Below are positions 28,144 through 38,351 of a stretch of 64,000 bases of DNA, piece after piece. This DNA is from Candidatus Omnitrophota bacterium (lineage in GTDB: Bacteria > Omnitrophota > Omnitrophia > Omnitrophales > JACROU01). The notes beneath the pieces are model-generated. The model was not told the DNA's origin, did no database searches, and was given only the letters and a program-made list of their open reading frames with translations. The stretch's first letter is position 1, and each line of letters begins with the position of its first letter. Both the position numbers and the translations under genes were made by a program. The DNA is taken from the NCBI GenBank assembly GCA_029261035.1, contig JAJDCD010000008.1, positions 98,313-162,312 of the forward strand. Direction: 5' to 3'.

Positions 28144-30201
28144 TTAATCGTATTGATCTTGTTTTTTAATTTCATCTAAATCAATATCAAGGTCAAAGTA
28201 ATCCGTATCATCCTTTTGAACTTTATTACGAGGTTTAAATTCATCATCTCCATAACTAAATATACGAGGGATATACTCATACAACTCCGAAGGAATTTCA
28301 CTTAAGAATCGAGAAGGGAGATTTTGAGCAGTAAACCCATACATGCGTCGAGAAGAAGCGTAACTTAAATGCAAATGCTCCATAGCTCTCGTTAACCCTA
28401 CATAACATAATCTACGCTCTTCTTCTATTCCATTCCTATTGTCTCCATAAGAATTTACGTGTGGAAAAACTTCTTCCTCTAACCCAACCATAAAAACAAT
28501 GGGAAACTCAAGCCCCTTAGCTGTATGTAAAGTCATCATAGTTAAACAATCATCAGACTCACTCCATTGATCTAAATTCGTTTCTAAGCTAATACTTTCA
28601 AGAAAATCTTCCAGCCCAAAAGTCTCAGACTTTGAATCATGATTTTCTTCGTACTCCTGAACTACGGTAATAAATTCCTGAATATTTTCAATGCGTGATT
28701 TAGATTCTATCGTTCCCTCTTTTTGCAATTGCAATAAATAGCCAGATTGATCCAAAACTCTACGGATCAACTCCTCTATACTAAGACCCTTACGGTCAGC
28801 CTTAAAACGCTCCATCATTTGAGAAAACAACGCGATAGACTTCTTAGCCTTAGGTGTTAACGTAGGAATGCTATGAGCCCTTAAGAGAGCTTCGTAAAAA
28901 GAAAGGCCTAGTTGATTCTTTGTCTCGTTAACAATATCTAATGTTTTCTTACCAATACCTCTTGTCGGGTTATTTATAATCCGCTTCAAACTAACTTCAT
29001 CTTCCGAGTTGACTAGCACTTTTAAGTAGGCTATTAAATCTTTAATTTCTTTACGGTCATAAAAGCGAACTCCTCCAACAATAACATAAGGAATATTTTG
29101 ACGCCTTAAAGAATCCTCAATCACTCGAGATTGAGCATGAACACGATAAAAGACGACCATATCTTTCAGAGAATACCCTTTGGATTTATAATGTTTTATT
29201 TGATTTACGATAAATAAAGATTCTTCCCTTTCGTCTGCTGCTTCATAAATATTTATTAAGTTTCCATCTTCACGATCCGACCATAAAGCTTTTGGCTTTC
29301 TGTTCGCGTTACGAGCTATCACATTATTAGCGGCTTTCAAAATATTATTCGTTGAACGGTAATTCTGTTCTAACTTAATAGCATGTGAATCTAAGTAATC
29401 TTTTTCAAATTCCAAAATATTACGAATATCAGCACCTCTCCAAGCATAAATAGATTGGTCCGGATCTCCCACAACCGTAATATAGCCTTCGGGCCCCGTT
29501 AAAATTTTCACTAATTCATACTGTGCTTTGTTCGTATCTTGATATTCGTCTATCAAAACATGCGTGAATCTATTTTGATAATGCTTCCTGGCTTGCTCAT
29601 TACTTTCTAAAAACTTAACGCATTTCATTATCAAATCTCCAAAATCAAAGGCCTTGAACTGCTCCATTTTCTCTTGGTATTTTTTATATATCTTAGCGGT
29701 AATCGTTTCGTAATAATCAGAAGATTCTAATTCAATATCCATAGGGAGTTTCAACTGATCTTTAGCCCTGTTTATGGCTTCTCTTACGGACTTCGGATTC
29801 GTCTGCTTATCATTAATTCTTAACTCCTTCATACATTCCTTAATCAAGACAATCTGATCTTGATCATCATAAATATTAAATTCTGAAGGAATACCCTCTT
29901 GCCCTGCTTCCATTTTTAAGATTTTAAGACAAGTACTATGAAATGTTTGAATCCACACTTCTTTACCAACAAGCTTACGAACACGATTTCTCATTTCATT
30001 TGCAGCTTTATTCGTAAACGTAACGCCCATTATTTGAAATGGAGCCACACCTTGATGGATTAGATAGGCAATACGATGGGTTAGGATACGCGTTTTGCCA
30101 CTTCCCGCGCCTGCATGAACTAAAAGGCTTTTCCCCTCATAGACGACAGCTTCTTTTTGGGATGGATTTAAATTCTCTAGAATTTGTTCTTTGGATGGCA
30201 T
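28144..30201 (-). CDS. pcrA: ATP-dependent DNA helicase PcrA/UvrD
   Basis: AGAGSGKT, TFTNKAA, DEYQDTN, VGDPDQSIYAWRGA, QNYRST, HTAKGLEF, EERRLCYVGLTRA. Confidence 0.96.
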   Translation of the reverse strand: MPSKEQILENLNPSQKEAVVYEGKSLLVHAGAGSGKTRILTHRIAYLIHQGVAPFQIMGVTFTNKAANEMRNRVRKLVGKEVWIQTFHSTCLKILKMEAGQEGIPSEFNIYDDQDQIVLIKECMKELRINDKQTNPKSVREAINRAKDQLKLPMDIELESSDYYETITAKIYKKYQEKMEQFKAFDFGDLIMKCVKFLESNEQARKHYQNRFTHVLIDEYQDTNKAQYELVKILTGPEGYITVVGDPDQSIYAWRGADIRNILEFEKDYLDSHAIKLEQNYRSTNNILKAANNVIARNANRKPKALWSDREDGNLINIYEAADEREESLFIVNQIKHYKSKGYSLKDMVVFYRVHAQSRVIEDSLRRQNIPYVIVGGVRFYDRKEIKDLIAYLKVLVNSEDEVSLKRIINNPTRGIGKKTLDIVNETKNQLGLSFYEALLRAHSIPTLTPKAKKSIALFSQMMERFKADRKGLSIEELIRRVLDQSGYLLQLQKEGTIESKSRIENIQEFITVVQEYEENHDSKSETFGLEDFLESISLETNLDQWSESDDCLTMMTLHTAKGLEFPIVFMVGLEEEVFPHVNSYGDNRNGIEEERRLCYVGLTRAMEHLHLSYASSRRMYGFTAQNLPSRFLSEIPSELYEYIPRIFSYGDDEFKPRNKVQKDDTDYFDLDIDLDEIKKQDQYD

Positions 30202-30282
30202 AGTTTACTCAAGAAGAGAAGGTTTTAATCCCCTCAACTTCTGCGTTGTCACAACCAGATGTTGGATAGAATTAAGAGTTGG

Positions 30283-30657
30283 TTAATACTGTTCTAACGA
30301 TTGCTGAAAACCTTGACGAAAAGCCGTTTCAAAAGCAAACACATTTCTGAAATCTTCTAAATTATCTTTGTCCGTTTTTCTTAAAATACCCATTTCCACT
30401 AGATTAAAAACCACATATCCAAAATCAAGAGTTTCATTAATGCCCCAATGCTCAAAAACCTTAGGGGCTAAAAAACCATAAACATCAATTCCATGACTTT
30501 TAATAGCATTTAAGAGCTCTGGACCAGAAACGTGACGCGGTGAATTTAATTCCTTAATCAATACCCTCAGACTTTCCAAAACAAATTGATAAGCCTCTAA
30601 ATGATACTGAGGATGCTCTTTCAGGTATTTGCGAATTTTAAGAATATCTTCTTCCAT
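30283..30657 (-). CDS. Conserved Verrucomicrobia/Planctomycetes-type protein (Minf_1886/TIGR04138-like)
   Basis: Y..EAY.FV..SL...RHVSG.ELL...WGI..T.DFG.VVFNLV..G.L.K...D..EDF; start at MEED or 6 nt upstream. Confidence 0.8.
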   Translation of the reverse strand: MEEDILKIRKYLKEHPQYHLEAYQFVLESLRVLIKELNSPRHVSGPELLNAIKSHGIDVYGFLAPKVFEHWGINETLDFGYVVFNLVEMGILRKTDKDNLEDFRNVFAFETAFRQGFQQSLEQY

Positions 30658-30688
30658 GAACATACACTCCAAATAATGTGCTTCTAAA

Positions 30689-31423
30689 TTAACATCTAAA
30701 ATTCCAACTAAAAGCCTGGTATTTCTCTTTAGATAATTCCCTTGCCTCTTCAAGCTCTTTCAAAGACATATCGATCAAAACAAATTCGGTATTAAAAGTC
30801 TTTTTGAATCCGTCTAAAATAGCTTTTTTAGTTTTATCAAATAGATCAAAAAAATCTTCGTCACTCTTATGAAGTAACGTTAAGTCAATACTTCCTTGAT
30901 GCAACAAATAGTCCGCAGCTCTTTTCTGAGCAGCTCCACCCAATTTTTCTTTACCAATCATTAAATCATCAGGAACAGGCGATTCAAAACAAAGAGAACC
31001 ATTATTATGTTTTCCCTTTTTATTTAAATCTAATTTGAGCCCTAAACTCTTTAAACCTGTAACCAAAGTTTCGTGAATTAAACGGTAGGATTTAATCACA
31101 GAGGCAAACTCTGTATATTCTTTCGTGGGAATAATCAGGGAATATGTAAGGTCTTGGCCATGAAAAACAGCTCCACCACCCGTAATGCGCCGACAGAGTT
31201 CATAACCTTGTTTCTTATATCCTTCGAGGCCTACAAGCTCTTTTATCTTTTGACTATACCCAAGAGTCAATGCATTCCTATAGAAACCGTACACCCTAAG
31301 AACTGGGTATTTTTGAGCTTGTTGCACTGCCCTATTCAGTAAAACTTCATCAACAGCCATATTGTAGCTGCTTTCATTAAAACCACTATCTAAAAACCCC
31401 CAGCTATTTTTCTTACCCAGCAT
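30689..31423 (-). CDS. Lipoate-protein ligase/octanoyltransferase (LplA/LipM family)
   Basis: NMAVDEVLL, RRITGGGAVFH, KLGGAAQKR, LHQGSI; directly after the gcv genes. Confidence 0.9.
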   Translation of the reverse strand: MLGKKNSWGFLDSGFNESSYNMAVDEVLLNRAVQQAQKYPVLRVYGFYRNALTLGYSQKIKELVGLEGYKKQGYELCRRITGGGAVFHGQDLTYSLIIPTKEYTEFASVIKSYRLIHETLVTGLKSLGLKLDLNKKGKHNNGSLCFESPVPDDLMIGKEKLGGAAQKRAADYLLHQGSIDLTLLHKSDEDFFDLFDKTKKAILDGFKKTFNTEFVLIDMSLKELEEARELSKEKYQAFSWNFRC

Positions 31424-32936
31424 GAACAGGAACTCCAGTTGTAGAAATAGATGAAGAGCCATTATTATCTTTAGAAGCTCGATAGTCTTTGTAAGTTAGA
31501 ATAGGATTCCTTGCCGCCTTAACCTCATCGGGTCTGGAAATAGCTAATGTAAAAGGAGCTTCATGTAATCGTTCAGGGAACTCAACAGCTTCATCTGCTA
31601 TCGTAAGCATAACTTTTACAAACTGATCCAAAGTAGCTTTTGACTCTGTTTCTGTAGGCTCAATCATCATCGCCTCAGCCACAATCAGAGGAAAGTATAT
31701 CGTTGGTGCATGGATACCAAAATCTAATAATCTTTTAGCAATATCCGTAGCATGAACACCTAAATCATTTTGCTTCACTGCTTGAGCCACAAACTCATGC
31801 ATACAAAACCCAGGAAAAGGTACTGTGAAATGTTCTTCAATTTTCTTTTTTAGGTAATTTGCATTAATAATAGCGTCTTGGCTTACCTGCTTCAAACCCT
31901 CTCTTCCCAAATGGGCAATATAAACATAAGCTCTAACAAGAACTCCTATATTCCCTAAAAAAGCTCGCAGTTTTCCGATAGAATCTGGAATATCCTCATC
32001 CCAAGAGTAAACACCCTTTTCTTCTTTAACTAAAGGAGTTGGTAAATAAGGGATTAAATGTTTTTTCACTCCAACAGGACCAGCTCCAGGTCCACCACCT
32101 CCGTGTGGAGTAGAAAATGTTTTATGCAAATTTAAATGAACGATATCAAAACCCATATCGCCAGGACGTGCAATACCTAAAAGAGCATTCATATTTGCTC
32201 CGTCATAATAGAGCAATCCACCTACATCATGAATAGCCTTTTGAATCTGTTGGATATCATCCTCAAACAAACCAATGGTATTTGGATTCGTTAACATCAA
32301 ACAAGCTGTTTCATCATTAATCAAACTCTTCAAATGTGCTAGATCAACCCTACCTCGCTCATCCGACTTAACTTCAACCACATTAAAACCAAACAAAGCG
32401 GCACTTGCAGGATTCGTCCCATGACTCGAGTCTGGTACCAATACATTTTTACGTTTCATATCTCCTCTAGCCTCATGATAAGACTTCACAAGCATCATTC
32501 CACACAACTCCCCATGTGCTCCTGCAGCAGGTTGTAATGTGAAACGGTCCATCCCTGTTATTTCCTTCAAGGAGCTTTCAAGATCAAAAAGAAGTTTCAT
32601 AATCCCCTGCAAACTATCTTCCGGTTGCAATGGATGAATATTAGCAAACCCATCAAAGCGAGCTGCATCTTCATTAATTTTTGGATTATATTTCATCGTA
32701 CAACTTCCTAGAGGATAAAAATTAGTATCTACTGAAAAGTTCTTTTGAGACAAGTTCACATAATGTCTTACTAATTCCGGTTCCGATACAGAAGGCAAAT
32801 CCATTTCAGGGTCTCTCATCAAAGATTCAGGAACCAACTTAGAGATATCGCTAGAATCAAAATGAGAATGAGGTAGGCTAAATCCTTTTTTTCCTTCTTG
32901 GCTCAGTTCATAAACTAAAGGGGTTTCTTTATTCAT
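31413..32936 (-). CDS. gcvPB: Glycine dehydrogenase subunit 2
   Basis: YPLGSCTMKYNP, QPAAGAHGE, HGTNPASA, HLNLHKTFSTPHGGGGPG. Confidence 0.97.
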   Translation of the reverse strand: MNKETPLVYELSQEGKKGFSLPHSHFDSSDISKLVPESLMRDPEMDLPSVSEPELVRHYVNLSQKNFSVDTNFYPLGSCTMKYNPKINEDAARFDGFANIHPLQPEDSLQGIMKLLFDLESSLKEITGMDRFTLQPAAGAHGELCGMMLVKSYHEARGDMKRKNVLVPDSSHGTNPASAALFGFNVVEVKSDERGRVDLAHLKSLINDETACLMLTNPNTIGLFEDDIQQIQKAIHDVGGLLYYDGANMNALLGIARPGDMGFDIVHLNLHKTFSTPHGGGGPGAGPVGVKKHLIPYLPTPLVKEEKGVYSWDEDIPDSIGKLRAFLGNIGVLVRAYVYIAHLGREGLKQVSQDAIINANYLKKKIEEHFTVPFPGFCMHEFVAQAVKQNDLGVHATDIAKRLLDFGIHAPTIYFPLIVAEAMMIEPTETESKATLDQFVKVMLTIADEAVEFPERLHEAPFTLAISRPDEVKAARNPILTYKDYRASKDNNGSSSISTTGVPVHAG

Positions 32937-32945
32937 AACATTTCC

Positions 32946-34295
32946 TTATGACAAGATTTGTTTCATTGCATTAACAAATTTATCTAAATCTTCTTTCGTT
33001 TTTGTTTCTGTTGCACAGATTAATAAGCAGTCCTTAAACTCAGAGTAAAACCGTCCCAAATCAACACCACCAAAAATTTTAAAATCTTTAAGTTGTTTTT
33101 GTATATCAGAAACTGATACATTTTTAGAACGAATCACAAATTCATTAAACGATGTGCCTGAAAATACAATTTCAAGACCCTTCACTTTAGATAGCTGTTC
33201 TTTTAAATACAGTGCCGATCTAAAATTATATTCCGACACTTTACGAACACCCTCTTTCCCCATAGCGGAAAGGTAAACACAGGCTGCAAGAGCTAAAAGA
33301 GCCTGATTCGTACAAATATTGGATCCCGCTTTTTCTCTTCTAATATGCTGTTCTCTAGCTTGAAGTGTAAGAGTAAAACATCTATTTCCATTCCGATCCG
33401 TTGTCATCCCCGCTAAACGTCCAGGAATTTTACGCATCAACGCTTTCTTCACAGCAAAAAATCCAAGCGCTGGGCCACCTAACGCCATTGGGACACCCAA
33501 ACTCTGACCTTCACCAACAGCAATATCAGCCCCCCATTGTCCCGGCCCTTTAAACAAGCCACAAGAAATAGGATTAACGGCAGCCACTAAAAGAGCTCCG
33601 ACTTCATGAACTTTTTCTGTAATTTTTTCAAAATCCTCAACAACACCAAAAAAATTGGGTGTTTGAACAATAAGAGCTGCAACCTCTTTATCTAAAGAAG
33701 CCAATAACTGAGTTTGATCTAAAAACCCTTTTTCGCTCCAGTTAATTTCTTCGATAACATAGTCATCTCCAGACAAATAAGTCTGAATCGTACTTCTATA
33801 ATCAGGGTGTAACGATTTTGATACGAGAATTTTATTTCTTCTCGTATGTCTCAATGCAAGAAGGGCTGCTTCTGCGGTAGCAGATGCCCCATCATAATTC
33901 GAGGCATTTGAAAGATCCATCCCCGTTAACTCAGACATCATGCTCTGATATTCAAAAATAGTTTGAAGAGTTCCCTGAGAAGCTTCAGCTTGATAGGGCG
34001 TATATGCGGTATAAAACTCTCCTCGAGATAGCATATGGTTCACAATACTTGGAATGAAATGTTCATAGCACCCTGCTCCTAAATAAGACATGAAATCTGA
34101 AGTAGACTGATTTGTTTGAGCCAATGCTTTAGTTTTCCTCATCAACTCTAATTCATTAAGTCCATCAGGTATATTCAGGTCACTGATTCTTAAATCTTTA
34201 GGCACAAATTCAATTAATTGTTCAAAAGAATCCACACCCAATTCTTTGAGCATCTCCGAACGATCTGTTTCTGTTAAAGGTAACCAATTGCTCAT
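32946..34295 (-). CDS. gcvPA: Glycine dehydrogenase subunit 1
   Basis: EFYTAYTPYQAEASQGTLQ, LQAREQHIRREKA.SNICTNQ. Confidence 0.97.
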   Translation of the reverse strand: MSNWLPLTETDRSEMLKELGVDSFEQLIEFVPKDLRISDLNIPDGLNELELMRKTKALAQTNQSTSDFMSYLGAGCYEHFIPSIVNHMLSRGEFYTAYTPYQAEASQGTLQTIFEYQSMMSELTGMDLSNASNYDGASATAEAALLALRHTRRNKILVSKSLHPDYRSTIQTYLSGDDYVIEEINWSEKGFLDQTQLLASLDKEVAALIVQTPNFFGVVEDFEKITEKVHEVGALLVAAVNPISCGLFKGPGQWGADIAVGEGQSLGVPMALGGPALGFFAVKKALMRKIPGRLAGMTTDRNGNRCFTLTLQAREQHIRREKAGSNICTNQALLALAACVYLSAMGKEGVRKVSEYNFRSALYLKEQLSKVKGLEIVFSGTSFNEFVIRSKNVSVSDIQKQLKDFKIFGGVDLGRFYSEFKDCLLICATETKTKEDLDKFVNAMKQILS

Positions 34296-34306
34296 ATTTA
34301 TCCTCT

Positions 34307-34696
34307 TTACTTTGCTTCTTGGCTTAATAGCTGTTCATACTCTTTATTTGACAGCAAATTGTCCAACTCACTTACATTTGAAGGCGTAACTGAAAAAAAC
34401 CAACCTTCGCCATAAGGGTCTCTATTAATTAAACCAGGATCCGCTTCCAACTGCTTATTAAATTCAACTACTGTTCCCGAAACAGGGGCATAAATATCAA
34501 AAGCCGCTTTCACCGATTCAACAATACAAATTGCTTTAGATTGTTGAGTCTCTTGCTCTTCAGCAGGCAACTCTACATAAACAACATCCGATAATTCTTT
34601 TTGTGCATATTCTGTAATACCCACTACAATTTTATCGCCATCCTGCTTTGCCCACTCATGAGATTTAGAATATTTAAGTTCTGATGGGAAATTCAT
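34307..34696 (-). CDS. gcvH: Glycine cleavage H protein
   Basis: SHEW, GIT.YAQ, VESVKAA (lipoyl Lys), DPYGEGW. Confidence 0.97.
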   Translation of the reverse strand: MNFPSELKYSKSHEWAKQDGDKIVVGITEYAQKELSDVVYVELPAEEQETQQSKAICIVESVKAAFDIYAPVSGTVVEFNKQLEADPGLINRDPYGEGWFFSVTPSNVSELDNLLSNKEYEQLLSQEAK

Positions 34697-34729
34697 AAAC
34701 TACTCCTTAATTTTAAACACAATATTAAA

Positions 34730-35827
34730 TTAGACTGTTTTATAAAACGGAATTTTAATCACTTTAGCTTTGCAAGGTTGCTCTCGAACGACAATATCAA
34801 TTTCTGTATCCAACCCTGAGAATTCGGACTGTATTAAAGCAAGCCCAACACTTTTCTTTAAAGTTGGGCTATGAGTCCCGCTGGTTACCCAACCAATATC
34901 TTTTCCATCTTTTTGAACGCGGTATTCTTCTCTTGCCAATCCACGATCCAACATTTCAAAACCAACAAGCTTTCTTTCTAATCCATTTTCTTTCTGCTCT
35001 AACAATGCTTGTTTACCAATAAAATTTTCTTTTTCAAAATCAATTGTCCATTTCAAACCTGCTTCCAGAGGGGAAATGGTATCGTTCATATCGTGTCCAT
35101 GTAAAAGTAAACAAGATTCCAAACGCAAAGTGTCTCTCGCCCCAAAACCAATGGGTTTTAGATCAAAAGATTCCCCTGTCTTCAAAATAGCATCATACAG
35201 AGAAACCGAGATTTCTTTATCAAAAAAGAACTCAAAACCATCTTCTCCAGTATAGCCGGTTCTAGAAAGAACAACTTCGCTTCCCTCGAACTGAATTGTC
35301 TTAAAATTAAAACGTTTTAGAGAGGTAAACTCTGAACCTAAAAACTGCTCTATAAATTCTGGACTTCGAGGCCCTTGAACTGCCAAAATACCTCTGTCCG
35401 AACTAATATTCGATAACTCAACCCCTTCAGGAAGATGGGACTCCATCCACGTTACATCTTTTTCAATGTTTGCAGCATTTACAATAACCAAATAATTATC
35501 TTCTTCTAATTCAGATACAATCAAATCATCTATAATCCCACCCTCTTCATTAAGCATTGGGCTATAAACAGCCTTTCCAGGCTCTAACTTCCAAATTTTA
35601 TTAGGCAAGAGATTATTCAAAAACTCTTTCGCTTGCGCCCCTTTAATTCTTAACTCACCCATATGAGATACATCAAAGACACCTACATTAGTTCGGACGC
35701 ATTGGTGTTCTTCTAAAATACTAGAAAAATAGACTGGAACTTCCCATTGGGAAAATTGAATAAAACGAGCTCCAAGAGCTTCTTGTCGAGCATACAAAGG
35801 CAATTTAATCGAAGATTCTGTTGTCAT
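34730..35827 (-). CDS. gcvT: Glycine cleavage aminomethyltransferase T
   Basis: FDVSHMG, SRTGYTGEDGFE, GFGARDTLRLE, VTSGTHSPTL; likely start MTTESS. Confidence 0.97.
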   Translation of the reverse strand: MTTESSIKLPLYARQEALGARFIQFSQWEVPVYFSSILEEHQCVRTNVGVFDVSHMGELRIKGAQAKEFLNNLLPNKIWKLEPGKAVYSPMLNEEGGIIDDLIVSELEEDNYLVIVNAANIEKDVTWMESHLPEGVELSNISSDRGILAVQGPRSPEFIEQFLGSEFTSLKRFNFKTIQFEGSEVVLSRTGYTGEDGFEFFFDKEISVSLYDAILKTGESFDLKPIGFGARDTLRLESCLLLHGHDMNDTISPLEAGLKWTIDFEKENFIGKQALLEQKENGLERKLVGFEMLDRGLAREEYRVQKDGKDIGWVTSGTHSPTLKKSVGLALIQSEFSGLDTEIDIVVREQPCKAKVIKIPFYKTV

Positions 35828-35891
35828 CCTATTTCTTTCCTTAAGTTCAAATACTCTAATATGATTTTTAGGTCTGGCAGGTAAAGGAGGC

Positions 35892-35920
35892 ATTATAGCT
35901 GAAGGAGGGTAAAAATAAAG
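35892..35920 (-). promoter_or_regulatory. Putative sigma70 promoter of the gcv operon
   Basis: Perfect TATAAT (35892-35897) about 65 nt upstream of the gcvT start; weak -35. Confidence 0.4.
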
Positions 35921-35944
35921 CCAAAAATTTAATACCAAGCCACA

Positions 35945-36078
35945 ACGTCAGCTTCAAATTGATTACTCTTGTTTGGCTGTAAAGACTTTAGGACCGAGTG
36001 TGCCGGGTTAAAAACCTGGCACACAACTACTTCAAACCCTTGATAAGGCTATATATAATCAAACAATTTTAGCCTTTT
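35945..36078. ncRNA. Candidate structured RNA (nested inverted repeats), family unassigned
   Basis: 12-bp hairpin GTGTGCCGGGTT/AACCTGGCACAC enclosed by TTGTTTGGCTGTA/TATAATCAAACAA, plus AAGGCTA/TAGCCTT. Confidence 0.35.
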
Positions 36079-36206
36079 AGGGGGTGTAAAATTACGAGCG
36101 GCCTATTTTCTAGAATGTTCAAAGTTTGAGATCCTCCACCAAGCGTTACAGCTCCCTTTTAAGGAAATGGGGGTCTTGAGCCCTATAATAATTTAAAATG
36201 AAATTA

Positions 36207-37451
36207 TTAGAAATAATCCCTAATAAGCGTCTTAAAGAATCGAAAGAATTTGGATATCAAATTATCCCCTTCTTTAAACTCATTCTCTCTAATTCTTTGA
36301 TCTGACAAAAAGTGCAACGCCCCTAGATAAGAGGCGTATTGAGGCTGCAAAATAGCATCTAGTTTTGTTTTAATTCTAGAAGGATGAACCATCCGAACAG
36401 GTCTTTGCAATTCCTGGCTCGTATATTCTAAAAACCCCTCCAATTTAGCTCCTCCACCCGAAACAACGATTTGCTTAATTTCTCCCTCAAGAGACTCTAT
36501 TCTATCCGTTTCAATCTTTATAAGCTCTAAAAAGTCATCAATAGCCTCTTTGAGAATTGGCTGCAAGTCTTTAAACGTTAATTCTTGTAACCGCACCGTT
36601 CCAAAGTTTTGAGAACTAGGAATTATCTCATCATGAAAAGATGTGTGAGCATCTGATTGAATAGATCCAAATTGCTCTTTAATCCTTACAGCTTCTTTTT
36701 CTGATATATTCAAACGCTCTTTAATTCTATCGGTCCAACTCTCACCACCAAAGTTCAACATCGAAGATCTTCTAATGCGGCTGCCTTGCATAAAAACAAG
36801 AGAAGTCAACCGTCCTCCGATATCCAAAAATAAAGTACTCTCTTTTTTTTCCTCTTCACTCAACAATCCCAAACTACCACACAGCCCTCTTGAAAGAATA
36901 CTCTTAATCTGAATCCCCAACTTACCAAAGGTATGGTGAAGTTGACTCCAGTTATCCATGTCAACCGTTTCCATAATTATATCTACAGCCAAACGAGTCC
37001 CTTCTAAGCCTACAGGATTTCTAATTCCGGACAAATCGTTAACCATAAAGCTCTGAGGAATAGTAAATGTAATCTGGTCTTTTAAAGGAAGGGTCGCGCA
37101 ATCTCTTGTCTGTCTAATTACTTTCTCAACATCTGAAAAACGAATTTTTTTCAACCGATTAAAATAAAGAGAAGTAGAAAGTGCATAAGTACTGGTCAAA
37201 GCGCTTTCTAAAATAATATAGGATGGGAATTTCAGAAATTCCTTCTGAGTACCAATCCCAGACTTCAAACGTCTAATATCTTGTAAAGCTAATTCAGGAT
37301 CCACAATATTCCCATACTCAAAACCTGTCGGCTCCACTTCATTAACCTTTACAACATCAAAAAATAAGGAGTCTGAAGACTTCACTCTGATAGCGACAAG
37401 CTTTGTCGATCCAATACAAAACAAAAATAAATTTTCCATTTGTGGTCCCAT
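36207..37451 (-). CDS. ftsA: Divergent cell division protein FtsA
   Basis: IRNPVGLEGTRL, LDIGGRLT, GG..WT..I, A.RIKEQFG, VSGGGAKL, C-terminal amphipathic helix; follows ftsQ. Confidence 0.88.
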   Translation of the reverse strand: MGPQMENLFLFCIGSTKLVAIRVKSSDSLFFDVVKVNEVEPTGFEYGNIVDPELALQDIRRLKSGIGTQKEFLKFPSYIILESALTSTYALSTSLYFNRLKKIRFSDVEKVIRQTRDCATLPLKDQITFTIPQSFMVNDLSGIRNPVGLEGTRLAVDIIMETVDMDNWSQLHHTFGKLGIQIKSILSRGLCGSLGLLSEEEKKESTLFLDIGGRLTSLVFMQGSRIRRSSMLNFGGESWTDRIKERLNISEKEAVRIKEQFGSIQSDAHTSFHDEIIPSSQNFGTVRLQELTFKDLQPILKEAIDDFLELIKIETDRIESLEGEIKQIVVSGGGAKLEGFLEYTSQELQRPVRMVHPSRIKTKLDAILQPQYASYLGALHFLSDQRIRENEFKEGDNLISKFFRFFKTLIRDYF

Positions 37452-37468
37452 ATTATTCCTTGAAATAA

Positions 37469-38326
37469 TTATTTTTTCATTTTCACAACAACATCTTTAT
37501 ATTGCAAATCAAGATATTCGATATTTTCACGGTCATTAGAATTGAGAATGTGTTTCATAGAGTTAATTTTCTTTAAATTCCTAATATAATTTTCGCCTAA
37601 ATAAATTTTTAGACCATCTCCGAGAAAAACACTAAAGTTCCCCAAACGATCCAAACTTAATTTTTCGACAGATTCTGTTGCTAAAACACTTTGTGTTCTT
37701 AAAAATTCATATAATTTCCTAAATGAAAGTAAGCTACTAGAAGAATAGTTATCCCCCACCTTTAAATCTACCGGCCTTAAGTTCTCTTCTTCAATTAATA
37801 CAAGTTCCGGCAAAGAACTTAAACTTGTTTTAGGTAAAATCATACCGTTTTCGTCAATCGCATAAAATCGATCTTGTTTTATTGAATATATTTGAAATGC
37901 TTCAAAACGTCTCAAAGCTATAATTTCTATTGTACTAGGCAAGATTCTTCGAACTTGAACAGTTTTTATTTGAGGATTCTTTTCAATTTTACGGGCCGCT
38001 TTTTGAATATCCGCCGTTAAAATATTGTCCCCCAACTTCAAACCACTCATTTTTTCGATTTCTTTTGCTGTAAATGTTAAATCCGTCTTAACACGAATCA
38101 CATTTAATTGAAAGTGAGGGTCTGCATATAAATGCGTTTGCAACCCATAATAAATAGCTCCAACAAAAGCTACAAAGAGAAAGAAAGGTGCCAATCTAAA
38201 TAACAAGATACCTACGAACGCAAATAGTCGCATAATTCCTTTGAAAAAGTTAGGCAATAAGTTAGACGACGCTTTTGAACGTCTTTTTCTTCTCGGTTTT
38301 GATTTTGACTTTCTTTTTTTCGGCAT
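37469..38326 (-). CDS. ftsQ: Cell division protein FtsQ/DivIB
   Basis: Basic N-terminus, TM, POTRA (NPQIKTVQVRRILPSTIEI), C-terminal YLDLQY. Confidence 0.88.
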   Translation of the reverse strand: MPKKRKSKSKPRRKRRSKASSNLLPNFFKGIMRLFAFVGILLFRLAPFFLFVAFVGAIYYGLQTHLYADPHFQLNVIRVKTDLTFTAKEIEKMSGLKLGDNILTADIQKAARKIEKNPQIKTVQVRRILPSTIEIIALRRFEAFQIYSIKQDRFYAIDENGMILPKTSLSSLPELVLIEEENLRPVDLKVGDNYSSSSLLSFRKLYEFLRTQSVLATESVEKLSLDRLGNFSVFLGDGLKIYLGENYIRNLKKINSMKHILNSNDRENIEYLDLQYKDVVVKMKK

Positions 38327-38351
38327 TCCTAAATACTCCTATTAAATTAGA

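Noticed and set aside
13837-36102. Shared 11-mer TTACGAGCGGC in two intergenic regions (about 13837 and 36092)
   Set aside because: Two copies of an 11-mer are expected by chance in 64 kb; no palindrome or third copy noticed.
36080-36141. tmRNA/tRNA-like ends GGGGGTG...TCCTCCACCA on the plus strand
   Set aside because: Only about 62 nt apart, the acceptor stem is imperfect and there is no proper T-arm or tag reading frame.
35828-36206. Glycine riboswitch expected upstream of gcvT
   Set aside because: Core motifs (GGAGA, CCGAAG, CUCAGG) are not found on the minus strand.
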